A stretch of 64,000 nt of DNA from IMG/VR virus record IMGVR_UViG_3300047560_000604, positions 1 through 64,000 of that record. One strand, written 5' to 3'. A program made the translations under genes and the position numbers. The stretch comes from a virus. The notes beneath the pieces are model-generated. The model saw only the letters and a list, made by a program, of their open reading frames with translations. It was not told where the DNA came from and made no database searches. Below are positions 56,680 to 64,000 of this stretch, one piece after another (within the stretch, counting starts at the first letter, position 1; every line of letters starts with the position of its first letter).

Positions 56680-58099
56680 TAAAGACGTACAATCATTGTT
56701 CTTGCGAATGATGTTAACTAACTCCGAGTTGTATACTCGTGTTATGAACATTATGAACGCAGACAACTTTGATAAAGGGTTGAGACCAGTTGCTGAGTTT
56801 GTCAAGGAATACAGTGCAAAATATAATGTGTTACCTGATGTATCACAAATCAAAGCAACAACTGGCACAGACATTGAACTTGTTGAAGACATGGGTGACA
56901 AGCACACCGAATGGTTTTTGACTGAGTTTGAGGGTTTTACTAAACGTCAAGAGTTAGAACGTGCAATTCTTAAAGCAGCCGATTTGCTTGAGAAGGGTGA
57001 ATTCGGCCCGGTTGAGAAACTAATCAAAGACGCAGTTCAAATCAGCTTACAGAAAGACATGGGTACAGATTACTTTCTAGACCCAAAGACTCGTATCAAC
57101 AAATACTTTAACGCAGGTGGACAACAATCTACGGGTTGGCCTCAACTTGATAAACTACTATATGGTGGTTTCAGTCGTGGTGAATTGAACATCTTTGCAG
57201 GTGGTTCAGGTTCAGGTAAATCATTGGTTATGATGAACATTGCGTTGAACTGGTTAGAGATGGGATTGAACGGAGTGTATGTCTCACTTGAATTGTCAGA
57301 AGAATTAACAAGTTTGCGTACTGATGCTATGTTAACTAGCATGAGTACCAGAGACATTCGCAAGGACATTGATAGCACAGAACTTAGAGTTAAGATGTTT
57401 GCTAAGAAAGCAGGACAGTATCGTGTCAAGGGGATGCCAGCGCAAAGTAACGTTAACGACATTCGTTCATATCTAAAAGAAGTGCAAATTCAAACAGGAA
57501 TGAGAGTTGACTTTGTTATGATTGACTACTTGGATCTTGTTATGCCAGTTTCAGTCAAAGTGAACCCAAATGACCAGTTTATCAAGGATAAGTATGTTTC
57601 AGAAGAACTACGTAACTTAGCTAAAGAACTAGGAATTTTGATGGTTACAGCGTCACAGTTGAACCGTAGTGCGGTTGAAGAAATCGAATTCGACCATAGT
57701 CACATTGCTGGTGGTATTTCAAAGATTAACACAGCAGATAACGTATTTGGTATCTTTACAAGTCGCTCAATGAGAGAGCGCGGACAGTATCAGATTCAAT
57801 GTATGAAGTCACGTAGTTCTACGGGTGTGGGTCAAAAGATAGAATTATCGTATAATATCGAAACCATGCGTATTACAGATGATGATCCAGATGGATATGC
57901 TGACCAACAAGCAAAATACAAGTCTGCTCCTAGTCCGAATGACATTATGAGTCAGTTAAAACCACAGTCAAGTTTAAGTTCGTCTGAACCAGTAATCGAC
58001 CAGAAAACAGGGGAAATCATCGAACCTGTACAGAAAAAAGTCGTTGCAGACGTTAGAGGATCACAACTCAAATCTCTACTCAACAATCTGAAAAAGTGA
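56663..58099 (+). CDS. gp41: Replicative DnaB-like helicase (gp41-like)
   Basis: FAGGSGSGKS, VSLELSE, MIDYLD, TASQLNR, KSRSS. Confidence 0.93.
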   Translation: MLKEYNKDVQSLFLRMMLTNSELYTRVMNIMNADNFDKGLRPVAEFVKEYSAKYNVLPDVSQIKATTGTDIELVEDMGDKHTEWFLTEFEGFTKRQELERAILKAADLLEKGEFGPVEKLIKDAVQISLQKDMGTDYFLDPKTRINKYFNAGGQQSTGWPQLDKLLYGGFSRGELNIFAGGSGSGKSLVMMNIALNWLEMGLNGVYVSLELSEELTSLRTDAMLTSMSTRDIRKDIDSTELRVKMFAKKAGQYRVKGMPAQSNVNDIRSYLKEVQIQTGMRVDFVMIDYLDLVMPVSVKVNPNDQFIKDKYVSEELRNLAKELGILMVTASQLNRSAVEEIEFDHSHIAGGISKINTADNVFGIFTSRSMRERGQYQIQCMKSRSSTGVGQKIELSYNIETMRITDDDPDGYADQQAKYKSAPSPNDIMSQLKPQSSLSSSEPVIDQKTGEIIEPVQKKVVADVRGSQLKSLLNNLKK

Positions 58100-58123
58100 T
58101 AAATACAATTAGGATATCTACAT

Positions 58124-58372
58124 ATGCAAAAGAAAACTCGCAGCTTGTTAGAGGAATTAGAGGCTATTGGTCAAAATCGTGATACTAAGCATATCATTGA
58201 AAGCCGTGCCCACAACATCATTACCAGTGCAATTAATCTAATAGAAATGATTAATAAACACTATGATTCAGAAAAAGCGCAAGTTTTAGAGCGCAAACTC
58301 CTCAGTGCAATCAAAGCCCGAGACCAGGGTAGATTCTCCAAAAGTCTGAGGAAGAATAATGAAGGCGAATGA
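58124..58372 (+). CDS. Late hypothetical protein
   Basis: Late promoter at 58100; AGGA SD. Confidence 0.75.
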   Translation: MQKKTRSLLEELEAIGQNRDTKHIIESRAHNIITSAINLIEMINKHYDSEKAQVLERKLLSAIKARDQGRFSKSLRKNNEGE

Positions 58373-59153
58373 GTTTATCGTAGAGGGACCAGTAGACCAG
58401 ATACGTACAAGTATGTACCGTAATTTGGGCATTGGTGGTGACGCGGCAAATGAAGTGGCTGCAAAACAAAACTTTGTAGACCGCTTTATGCAACAAGTGA
58501 AGCAGAATCAAAAAGCATCAGCTACATCAGGAATGCCACTAGATGTGAACCAAATGGTTCAATCTTATCTAGGTCAATATGGCTGGGTAGTATCACCTGC
58601 ACAACAAGCAAAACTATCTCAGATGGCTGACGCCGTGGGTGGAGAACGAGGTTTAATGGGCGGCGCATCTATGTACGCTCCTAAGTTAAAACAGTTAGCT
58701 AATGCTATGTACATGATCGGTAGTCAACAGCTACGTGATCCTAAAACAGGATTAACGATTCAAGGTGCAGGTGGCCAAGGTGGTGGATCTGCCGGTGGAC
58801 AAGCTAGTGCGGCAGCAGAACCAGAGCAATTATCACCTGCGACAGAACAAATCGTACAAAGAATTCAAAAATTACTAGGTTCTGAGAACAACGATGACCT
58901 AGAAATAATCGCAAAAACTGCTATGCAAGTATTGTATAAGCAAAACCCAACTGCATATACTGAGTTGTACAAAGAGATTATGACCGGTGAGACTAAGAAG
59001 AAAGCTCGTTCTCCTGAAGATATCCGCAAAGTTAAACAAGCACGTGCGGCTAGAGTAGCAAATCGTTCAGCAGTACCCGGTTCTAAACCAGTAGCTGATA
59101 CCGGTGAAAACCCTAACATTGTTCAGGGTTACAATGAGTCTAGAAGAAGATAA
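58359..59153 (+). CDS. Late hypothetical protein with MKANEFIVE leader
   Basis: Intact ORF; CTS-like N-terminus. Confidence 0.75.
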   Translation: MKANEFIVEGPVDQIRTSMYRNLGIGGDAANEVAAKQNFVDRFMQQVKQNQKASATSGMPLDVNQMVQSYLGQYGWVVSPAQQAKLSQMADAVGGERGLMGGASMYAPKLKQLANAMYMIGSQQLRDPKTGLTIQGAGGQGGGSAGGQASAAAEPEQLSPATEQIVQRIQKLLGSENNDDLEIIAKTAMQVLYKQNPTAYTELYKEIMTGETKKKARSPEDIRKVKQARAARVANRSAVPGSKPVADTGENPNIVQGYNESRRR

Positions 59154-60325
59154 TGTTTTCCCTACGTGAACTAACTGATAAGCTAAATGAACTTTCTATC
59201 GTTGAAGACGAAGAAGTTCTAGTAGAAGATAAGGGTCATTTGGATCATCCAGAAGACTTAATCTTTCTCGGTGGAAGCGCCGGCGCAACTAAAGCAGTAA
59301 ATGCAATTGTTGACACTGTAAAGAATCCAAAGAACGTTACTATCAAGTGGGATGGATATCCTGCGTTGATATTCGGTCGTGATGTTGAAGGTAAGTTTAG
59401 CATCATGGATAAGCACATGTTCAACAAGAAAGATGGTTCAGGACGTGTAGCATATAGCCCGCAAGCATTTAGAAAGTATGACTTGGCTCGTGGGGTAGAC
59501 CGATCAGACTTACATCGTTTGATTGCTATGATTTGGCCTGGTCTAGAAAAAGAAGCACAAGGCAAGGGATACTATTGGGGCGACTTGCTATTCAGTAATC
59601 CATTGCAAAACGACAATGGCTTATATAAGTTTAAAGCTAACCCTAACGGAATCACATATACAGTTGACGTAAATAGCGATGTGGGTAAGTTGCTTACTAG
59701 TAAGCAAGCTGGAATCGCTGTACATCAATATATCGATCCAAGTGCCCCTACGACAGACCAAGCAGTTCCGTTAAACGGTACTATTGGTCAACTTAGAAAC
59801 GATAGCAACGTTGCTATTGTGCCTAGCAAGATGCCGTTAACTCCCAAGTTAACACTATCTCAAGCGCAAGTAGCAAGATGTCAACAAGCTATTCAAAAGT
59901 ACGGTCCTGCAGTAGATAAAATGTTAAGTACTGCACCTCAAGCAAGATCAGGATTCGTGGGTTTGTTTACTGTCTATATCAATAGAAAAGTTGTATCTCG
60001 TAATCTCACTGGCTTGATGAAAGACTTCATGGCTTTCTTTAATACTCGTCCTATGACTGAATCAATGAAAGCTAAGTTAACTGAGCACTTCCGTCAGAAT
60101 AGAGAAGGATTAGCCGGCGCATTTGTCATCTGGAGTGAGATTTATAAGCTAAAAATGTCAGTTGTTAAACAACTAGACAAAGCAAGTAAAGCAAGTCCAG
60201 TGAAGGGCTATCTACAAGATGGTTCAGAGACACATGAAGGATTTGTTGCATACGGATTGAAGTTTGTTGATAGAATGGGCTTTTCTGCTCAGAATTTGGC
60301 TGCTAGAGCACCCGCAACTCCATGA
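59153..60325 (+). CDS. Conserved myovirus hypothetical protein
   Basis: HLDHPEDL..VTIKWDG.PALIFG..EGFV. Confidence 0.8.
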   Translation: MFSLRELTDKLNELSIVEDEEVLVEDKGHLDHPEDLIFLGGSAGATKAVNAIVDTVKNPKNVTIKWDGYPALIFGRDVEGKFSIMDKHMFNKKDGSGRVAYSPQAFRKYDLARGVDRSDLHRLIAMIWPGLEKEAQGKGYYWGDLLFSNPLQNDNGLYKFKANPNGITYTVDVNSDVGKLLTSKQAGIAVHQYIDPSAPTTDQAVPLNGTIGQLRNDSNVAIVPSKMPLTPKLTLSQAQVARCQQAIQKYGPAVDKMLSTAPQARSGFVGLFTVYINRKVVSRNLTGLMKDFMAFFNTRPMTESMKAKLTEHFRQNREGLAGAFVIWSEIYKLKMSVVKQLDKASKASPVKGYLQDGSETHEGFVAYGLKFVDRMGFSAQNLAARAPATP

Positions 60326-60393
60326 TTTTTTCTTCCTGGCATAAATAATAGTATGAATCTATATGATTCAAACATTATAAAGGAAATTATATC

Positions 60394-60786
60394 ATGGCAT
60401 ATACAGCACGTACACACGGTGACTTGAAACAAGTTGCTAACTTTGACACTCCAGACTACACAGTTGGTTCAGTTGACGCAGTAACTTCAGCAGTTACAGT
60501 TCAACCACAAGGTCCTAAGCTAGATTATTGCACTATCACTTCTGAAGTCGGTCACTTGACTGGTGCTGAAGTTAACGCTATCATCCAGACTTTGACTCAA
60601 TTGGCTACTGTTCACATCTATGAATTCACTACTGGTGGTACATACGATTCATTAGCAGTTGCATTCTACCCAACACAAGCATGGGGTGCAGACGTTACAG
60701 CTACTGGCGCTGGTACACTTGACGCTGCTGTTACAGCAGTTGCTGGTGCAGTTGCTATCACAGCTTCAGCTACATTCACAAACTAA
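60394..60786 (+). CDS. Small virion structural protein
   Basis: Late promoter at 60342; AAGGA; Ala/Thr/Val-rich; own terminator. Confidence 0.75.
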   Translation: MAYTARTHGDLKQVANFDTPDYTVGSVDAVTSAVTVQPQGPKLDYCTITSEVGHLTGAEVNAIIQTLTQLATVHIYEFTTGGTYDSLAVAFYPTQAWGADVTATGAGTLDAAVTAVAGAVAITASATFTN

Positions 60787-60807
60787 TTCAAACTTAGTGT
60801 GATTAAG

Positions 60808-60833
60808 AGCCCAAGAATTTCTTGGGCTTTTTT
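60808..60833 (+). terminator. Rho-independent terminator
   Basis: AGCCCAAGA-ATT-TCTTGGGCT-TTTTT. Confidence 0.88.
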
Positions 60834-60850
60834 ACCTCTATAAATAGTAC

Positions 60851-61315
60851 ATGACATTTATGATTAGGTGCTATACGTTATTTGATACAGTGAATACAGG
60901 CGTCACTAGCCGTAGACCACCAGTTAACGGTGCCCCTTCTGAGATAGCACAATGGCAACTTGACCGCAATAGACAAGTAAACTATGATACAATTCTGCAA
61001 GTAGTATCACTCAGAGCACAACCGGAGAATATGTCTTCTGTTGTAACAACAAAGATAAATTTTAGAGATTTTGATAATTTTGGATTCTTATTTGAAGATG
61101 AGAAAGATCAATTATGTTATCAGTTTGACTTCACCATCAATCACAAAAACGTATTTTATGACGGTGTAACAGAATTGGGAGCATTGTACAATGATTGCAT
61201 TGACGTTCCCATGATAAAGACTGGAAATGAATGGGAAAAATTACCGTCATTTCTAGATATTAGTCCAGAGTTAAAAAATATCCATTTTGAGGTAGTAAGT
61301 TATGAAGAAGAATGA
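60851..61315 (+). CDS. Late hypothetical protein
   Basis: TAAATA-4-ATG. Confidence 0.75.
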   Translation: MTFMIRCYTLFDTVNTGVTSRRPPVNGAPSEIAQWQLDRNRQVNYDTILQVVSLRAQPENMSSVVTTKINFRDFDNFGFLFEDEKDQLCYQFDFTINHKNVFYDGVTELGALYNDCIDVPMIKTGNEWEKLPSFLDISPELKNIHFEVVSYEEE

Positions 61316-61781
61316 ACGTGACATGTTTCAGATCCTAAAACGGATCTTGAGCAAAAATGAGATTGAACAACTATCCAACAAGCTAGTCATTGAAGACGGC
61401 AAGGGATATGAATTGTACGGTGAATACAGCATAAGACCGTCAGGTAATATGTATAAGACTATCAAATTTACTACGTTCACTGAACATAAGTTCTATAGCT
61501 TGAGAAATGCAGCAGTTTGGGTGTCACTAGACAAGACCAATCAGATAATAGACGCACAGCGAGTTTTGGAACTAGATAAAGTACTTGAGGGTGCTTTAAT
61601 CAATGCTGAAATTCACAGAAAATTGTATAAAAATACGAAAAGTTTAGAGGCAAAATCATTGTACTATGCTAAATTGCAAGAGGACAATACTAAGCGTCAG
61701 TACGTAGTTAACCAACTAGAAACTTACGTGAGCAAAGTCAAAGCGTGGCAGGAAAAATGCTTTAAAGAAGCCGCTAAATAA
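61302..61781 (+). CDS. Hypothetical protein
   Basis: Overlapping start; intact ORF. Confidence 0.75.
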   Translation: MKKNERDMFQILKRILSKNEIEQLSNKLVIEDGKGYELYGEYSIRPSGNMYKTIKFTTFTEHKFYSLRNAAVWVSLDKTNQIIDAQRVLELDKVLEGALINAEIHRKLYKNTKSLEAKSLYYAKLQEDNTKRQYVVNQLETYVSKVKAWQEKCFKEAAK

Positions 61782-61824
61782 TTTAATCAATGATAAATAC
61801 TATATCAGTTCTTTAGGAAAAACC

Positions 61825-62556
61825 ATGAAACTAACCGAATTTAATTTAAGACCAACCACAGTTGCTAAAAAGGCACTGAAGGAGCATTTCAACACAAACC
61901 TCAATGTAGACAATATGAGTCTATATGACACACAGCGCATGATGCGTAAAGTTAGTGGCTTGATGAACGAAATGCGTCAAAAAAGCAATGGTCATGCTAC
62001 TGAGCAAAATCCAGCATACTTGAAACTAGTATTCATGGAGCAAGCTCTATCTCACCACTATGGTGAATTGAAAGCTCTTCCAATGTACAACACACGCATG
62101 GTTGTAGAAAACGAGCAAGTTGAGAAATCACAAGTTATCTTGGCTGCACAAGAAATGGTAGATGCTATGCAAAAGATGATTGAGCAAGTATCTGACATGT
62201 TAGTTAAGGAACTTCCAGCTGTCGTTGACGGAGTTAACTCAGAAGTTGGCACAAACGAAGGTGAACAATTCCAACAACAAGTTTCAGAAGCACTAACATC
62301 ATTGCAAGCTGCATTGAGCCAATCACAAGGCACTATGAAATCTGCTTTAGGTACAATCACTGGTCAAGGCGGTGGTATGGAAGGTGGTATGGACATGGGC
62401 GGCGATATGGCCGGTGGCATGGGTGACGAAATGGGCGACATGGGCGGTATGGGTGATGAGCTAGGTGGCGAACAACCAGACACAGAGTTACCAGAGCTTC
62501 CATCTGAGCCAGACGAATCATTGCCAGTAGGCGGTGCAGGACGTTCAGTACGTTAA
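61825..62556 (+). CDS. Acidic helical late protein with Gly-Met-rich tail (possible prohead core/scaffold)
   Basis: Late promoter at 61794; MKLTEF; GGMDMGGDM repeats. Confidence 0.7.
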   Translation: MKLTEFNLRPTTVAKKALKEHFNTNLNVDNMSLYDTQRMMRKVSGLMNEMRQKSNGHATEQNPAYLKLVFMEQALSHHYGELKALPMYNTRMVVENEQVEKSQVILAAQEMVDAMQKMIEQVSDMLVKELPAVVDGVNSEVGTNEGEQFQQQVSEALTSLQAALSQSQGTMKSALGTITGQGGGMEGGMDMGGDMAGGMGDEMGDMGGMGDELGGEQPDTELPELPSEPDESLPVGGAGRSVR

Positions 62557-62557
62557 T

Positions 62558-62893
62558 ATGAAACTGTTCGAATTTGCCGATAATGATCCGTTGCGTGTTA
62601 AGCTGGTTGCAGTAACTAACCAGCTCAAAGAACGTCTTGCAGGTCAGTCGGCTACAATGAGTACAGATGAGTTGTTAAACTTCTTAAAGCAAAACAACGT
62701 TGTACTTGACAAATCAGATTTATTTGATATCGTAAAAAAAGATCCGTTGAAAAACATTATTCACAATGTTAATAAAGATGAAGTAGTCTTTAAGGGTCAA
62801 GAAGGCGCAGAAGAAATGGGTTCAGAGCCCGGGGCTGACGAAAATGAAAAGATTCGACAGCAGTTAGCAAGTAAGCAAACTTCTAAACTTTAA
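62558..62893 (+). CDS. Late hypothetical protein
   Basis: ATG 1 nt after the upstream TAA; MKLFEF. Confidence 0.75.
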   Translation: MKLFEFADNDPLRVKLVAVTNQLKERLAGQSATMSTDELLNFLKQNNVVLDKSDLFDIVKKDPLKNIIHNVNKDEVVFKGQEGAEEMGSEPGADENEKIRQQLASKQTSKL

Positions 62894-62902
62894 CCAAAAG
62901 AG

Positions 62903-62931
62903 TTGTACTACGAAGAAATTTGTAGTACAAT
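62903..62931 (+). promoter_or_regulatory. sigma70-like promoter embedded in a 12-bp inverted repeat; ATG 6 nt after the -10
   Basis: TTGTAC-17-TACAAT-6-ATG(62938); TTGTACTACGAA-GAAA-TTTGTAGTACAA. Confidence 0.6.
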
Positions 62932-62937
62932 TTCCAT

Positions 62938-63624
62938 ATGTACAATCCCACTAAATTTAACTATGTCCCAATGTCTCGTGTAGAGATTGATGGGAAACGA
63001 AGATATGCCACACCCGATGGTGAAAAACTCCCGAGTGTAACTACTATCTTAGATGCAACTAAATCAGAAGATTCTAAGAAAGCTCTTATGGAATGGCGAA
63101 AGCGTGTTGGTCATCAGAAAGCGCAAGAGATAACAACAGAAGCCGCAGGACGAGGAACTCGTATGCACAAGTGGCTTGAGGATTATATCAAGACAGGAGT
63201 CTTAGGTGAACCAGGATCAAACCCATACTCAGTACAAAGTCATCGAATGGCTTATTCAATTATCAAGCAAGGTCTTAGCAACTGCGCTGAGTTCTGGGGT
63301 ACAGAAGTACCTCTTTATTTCCCTAAAGTCTATGCTGGAACGACTGATTTGGTCGGTGTGCATGATGGTAGTGAATGTATTATGGACCATAAACAGACTA
63401 ATAAGCCCAAGAAACGTGAGTGGATTGATGACTATTTTGTTCAACTTGCGGCTTACGCAACAGCACATAACGAGCTACATGGAACCAAAATCCGTAAAGG
63501 AGTCATTTTTATGTGTGATCCAAACGCTGTATATCAAGAGTTCATACTAGAAGGTGAAGAGTTTGACAAGTATGTTGACTTGTGGTTTCGTAAAGTAGAA
63601 CAGTACTATATGCAGTTCATCTAA
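62938..63624 (+). CDS. PD-(D/E)xK exonuclease (Cas4/RecB-like)
   Basis: LPSVTTIL, GTRMH..LE, E..L, YAGTTD, IMDHK, QLAAY. Confidence 0.88.
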   Translation: MYNPTKFNYVPMSRVEIDGKRRYATPDGEKLPSVTTILDATKSEDSKKALMEWRKRVGHQKAQEITTEAAGRGTRMHKWLEDYIKTGVLGEPGSNPYSVQSHRMAYSIIKQGLSNCAEFWGTEVPLYFPKVYAGTTDLVGVHDGSECIMDHKQTNKPKKREWIDDYFVQLAAYATAHNELHGTKIRKGVIFMCDPNAVYQEFILEGEEFDKYVDLWFRKVEQYYMQFI

Positions 63625-63658
63625 AACATGATAAATAGTATAATTAACGGATTATACT

Positions 63659-64000
63659 ATGGCAATCGTACAAATATCAAAAATCATTCACCGCACTGGC
63701 GCAAACGTAGACTTACCTCAACTAGATATCGGTGAGATAGGTTTTGCAACAGATGAGCAACGAGTCTTTATCGGCAATGATCCTGAGATTGTTCCCCCAG
63801 TCGCAGTTGGGGCAACTACACAAACAGAAATTTTAACTCAAGCATCATCGCTTGACTTCTCACGTTTAAATGGTTCTAGCAACGCTACATTAGAATTAGC
63901 GGATGTAGCTACTGGTCAACTATTAGGAATCAACGTAACAGGTGACGTTACTAAAGTAATTAACGTTGGTGGTAATGTCGGTGGTCAAATCACATTAGGC
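63659..64000 (+). CDS. Virion structural protein, 3'-truncated (not in ORF track)
   Basis: Late promoter at 63632; MAIVQISKIIHRTG..LPQLD.GEIGFATDEQRVFIGN. Confidence 0.8.
   Translation, partial: MAIVQISKIIHRTGANVDLPQLDIGEIGFATDEQRVFIGNDPEIVPPVAVGATTQTEILTQASSLDFSRLNGSSNATLELADVATGQLLGINVTGDVTKVINVGGNVGGQITLG

Larger units (their letters stand above)
3523..63637. promoter_or_regulatory. Dispersed T4-like late promoter motif TAAATA (summary entry)
   Basis: Plus strand: 3567, 7518, 8111, 18735, 22299, 23923, 24744, 25887, 29047, 30610, 33626, 52232, 54851, 58100, 60342, 60841, 61794, 63632. Minus strand: 3523, 9636, 14477, 23887, 54813. All are intergenic or at gene ends, upstream of a gene start. 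Confidence 0.8.

Noticed and set aside
62361-62470. GGM/GDM low-complexity repeat as a separate element
   Set aside because: It is a coding disordered tail of 61825-62556
112-63550. Many antisense or alternate-frame ORFs in the track (e.g. 555-1058, 11570-11845, 19038-19472, 20254-20670, 39321-39665, 56217-56696, 63206-63550)
   Set aside because: They shadow well-supported genes and lack SDs, promoters or motifs
1-64000. Genome-wide TAG reassignment (code 15/16)
   Set aside because: Long genes are intact in code 11 and TAG is used as a real stop with start overlap (51181); only one convincing in-frame TAG was found

Overview
This is a 64-kb, AT-rich, gene-dense segment of a large T4-like (myovirus-type) phage, probably infecting a Gram-negative host, since it encodes spanins and an outer-membrane beta-barrel. 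Core genes include the terminase large subunit, gp32 SSB, UvsX/UvsY/UvsW, gp61 primase, gp41 helicase, a clamp-loader subunit, DHFR/ThyA, a MoxR-VWA pair, tail/structural genes and three homing-type endonucleases. It shows sigma70-like early promoters and TAAATA late promoters. Features not visible in the ORF track: (1) A circularly permuted two-piece tmRNA with tag ANDSAYSLAA. (2) A CUA-anticodon (amber-suppressor) tRNA nested in frame inside a CDS, with a gene about 600 nt downstream whose SD-supported start is followed by TAG at codon 4. (3) A 7.2-kb translationally coupled array of 27 small ORFs, 18 sharing a C-terminal F-x-L-R/K-W motif; two of these carry N-terminal pieces resembling major capsid protein gp23, one matching the T4 Gol peptide. 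(4) Widespread predicted leaderless transcripts. (5) A conserved structured leader on two GIY-YIG-like endonucleases. (6) A 198-aa minimal DnaE-like polymerase core. (7) A ppGpp hydrolase with a capsid-targeting-like N-terminus. (8) A ubiquitin-like/ILEI fusion protein. All family assignments come from motif recognition by eye; no searches were run.
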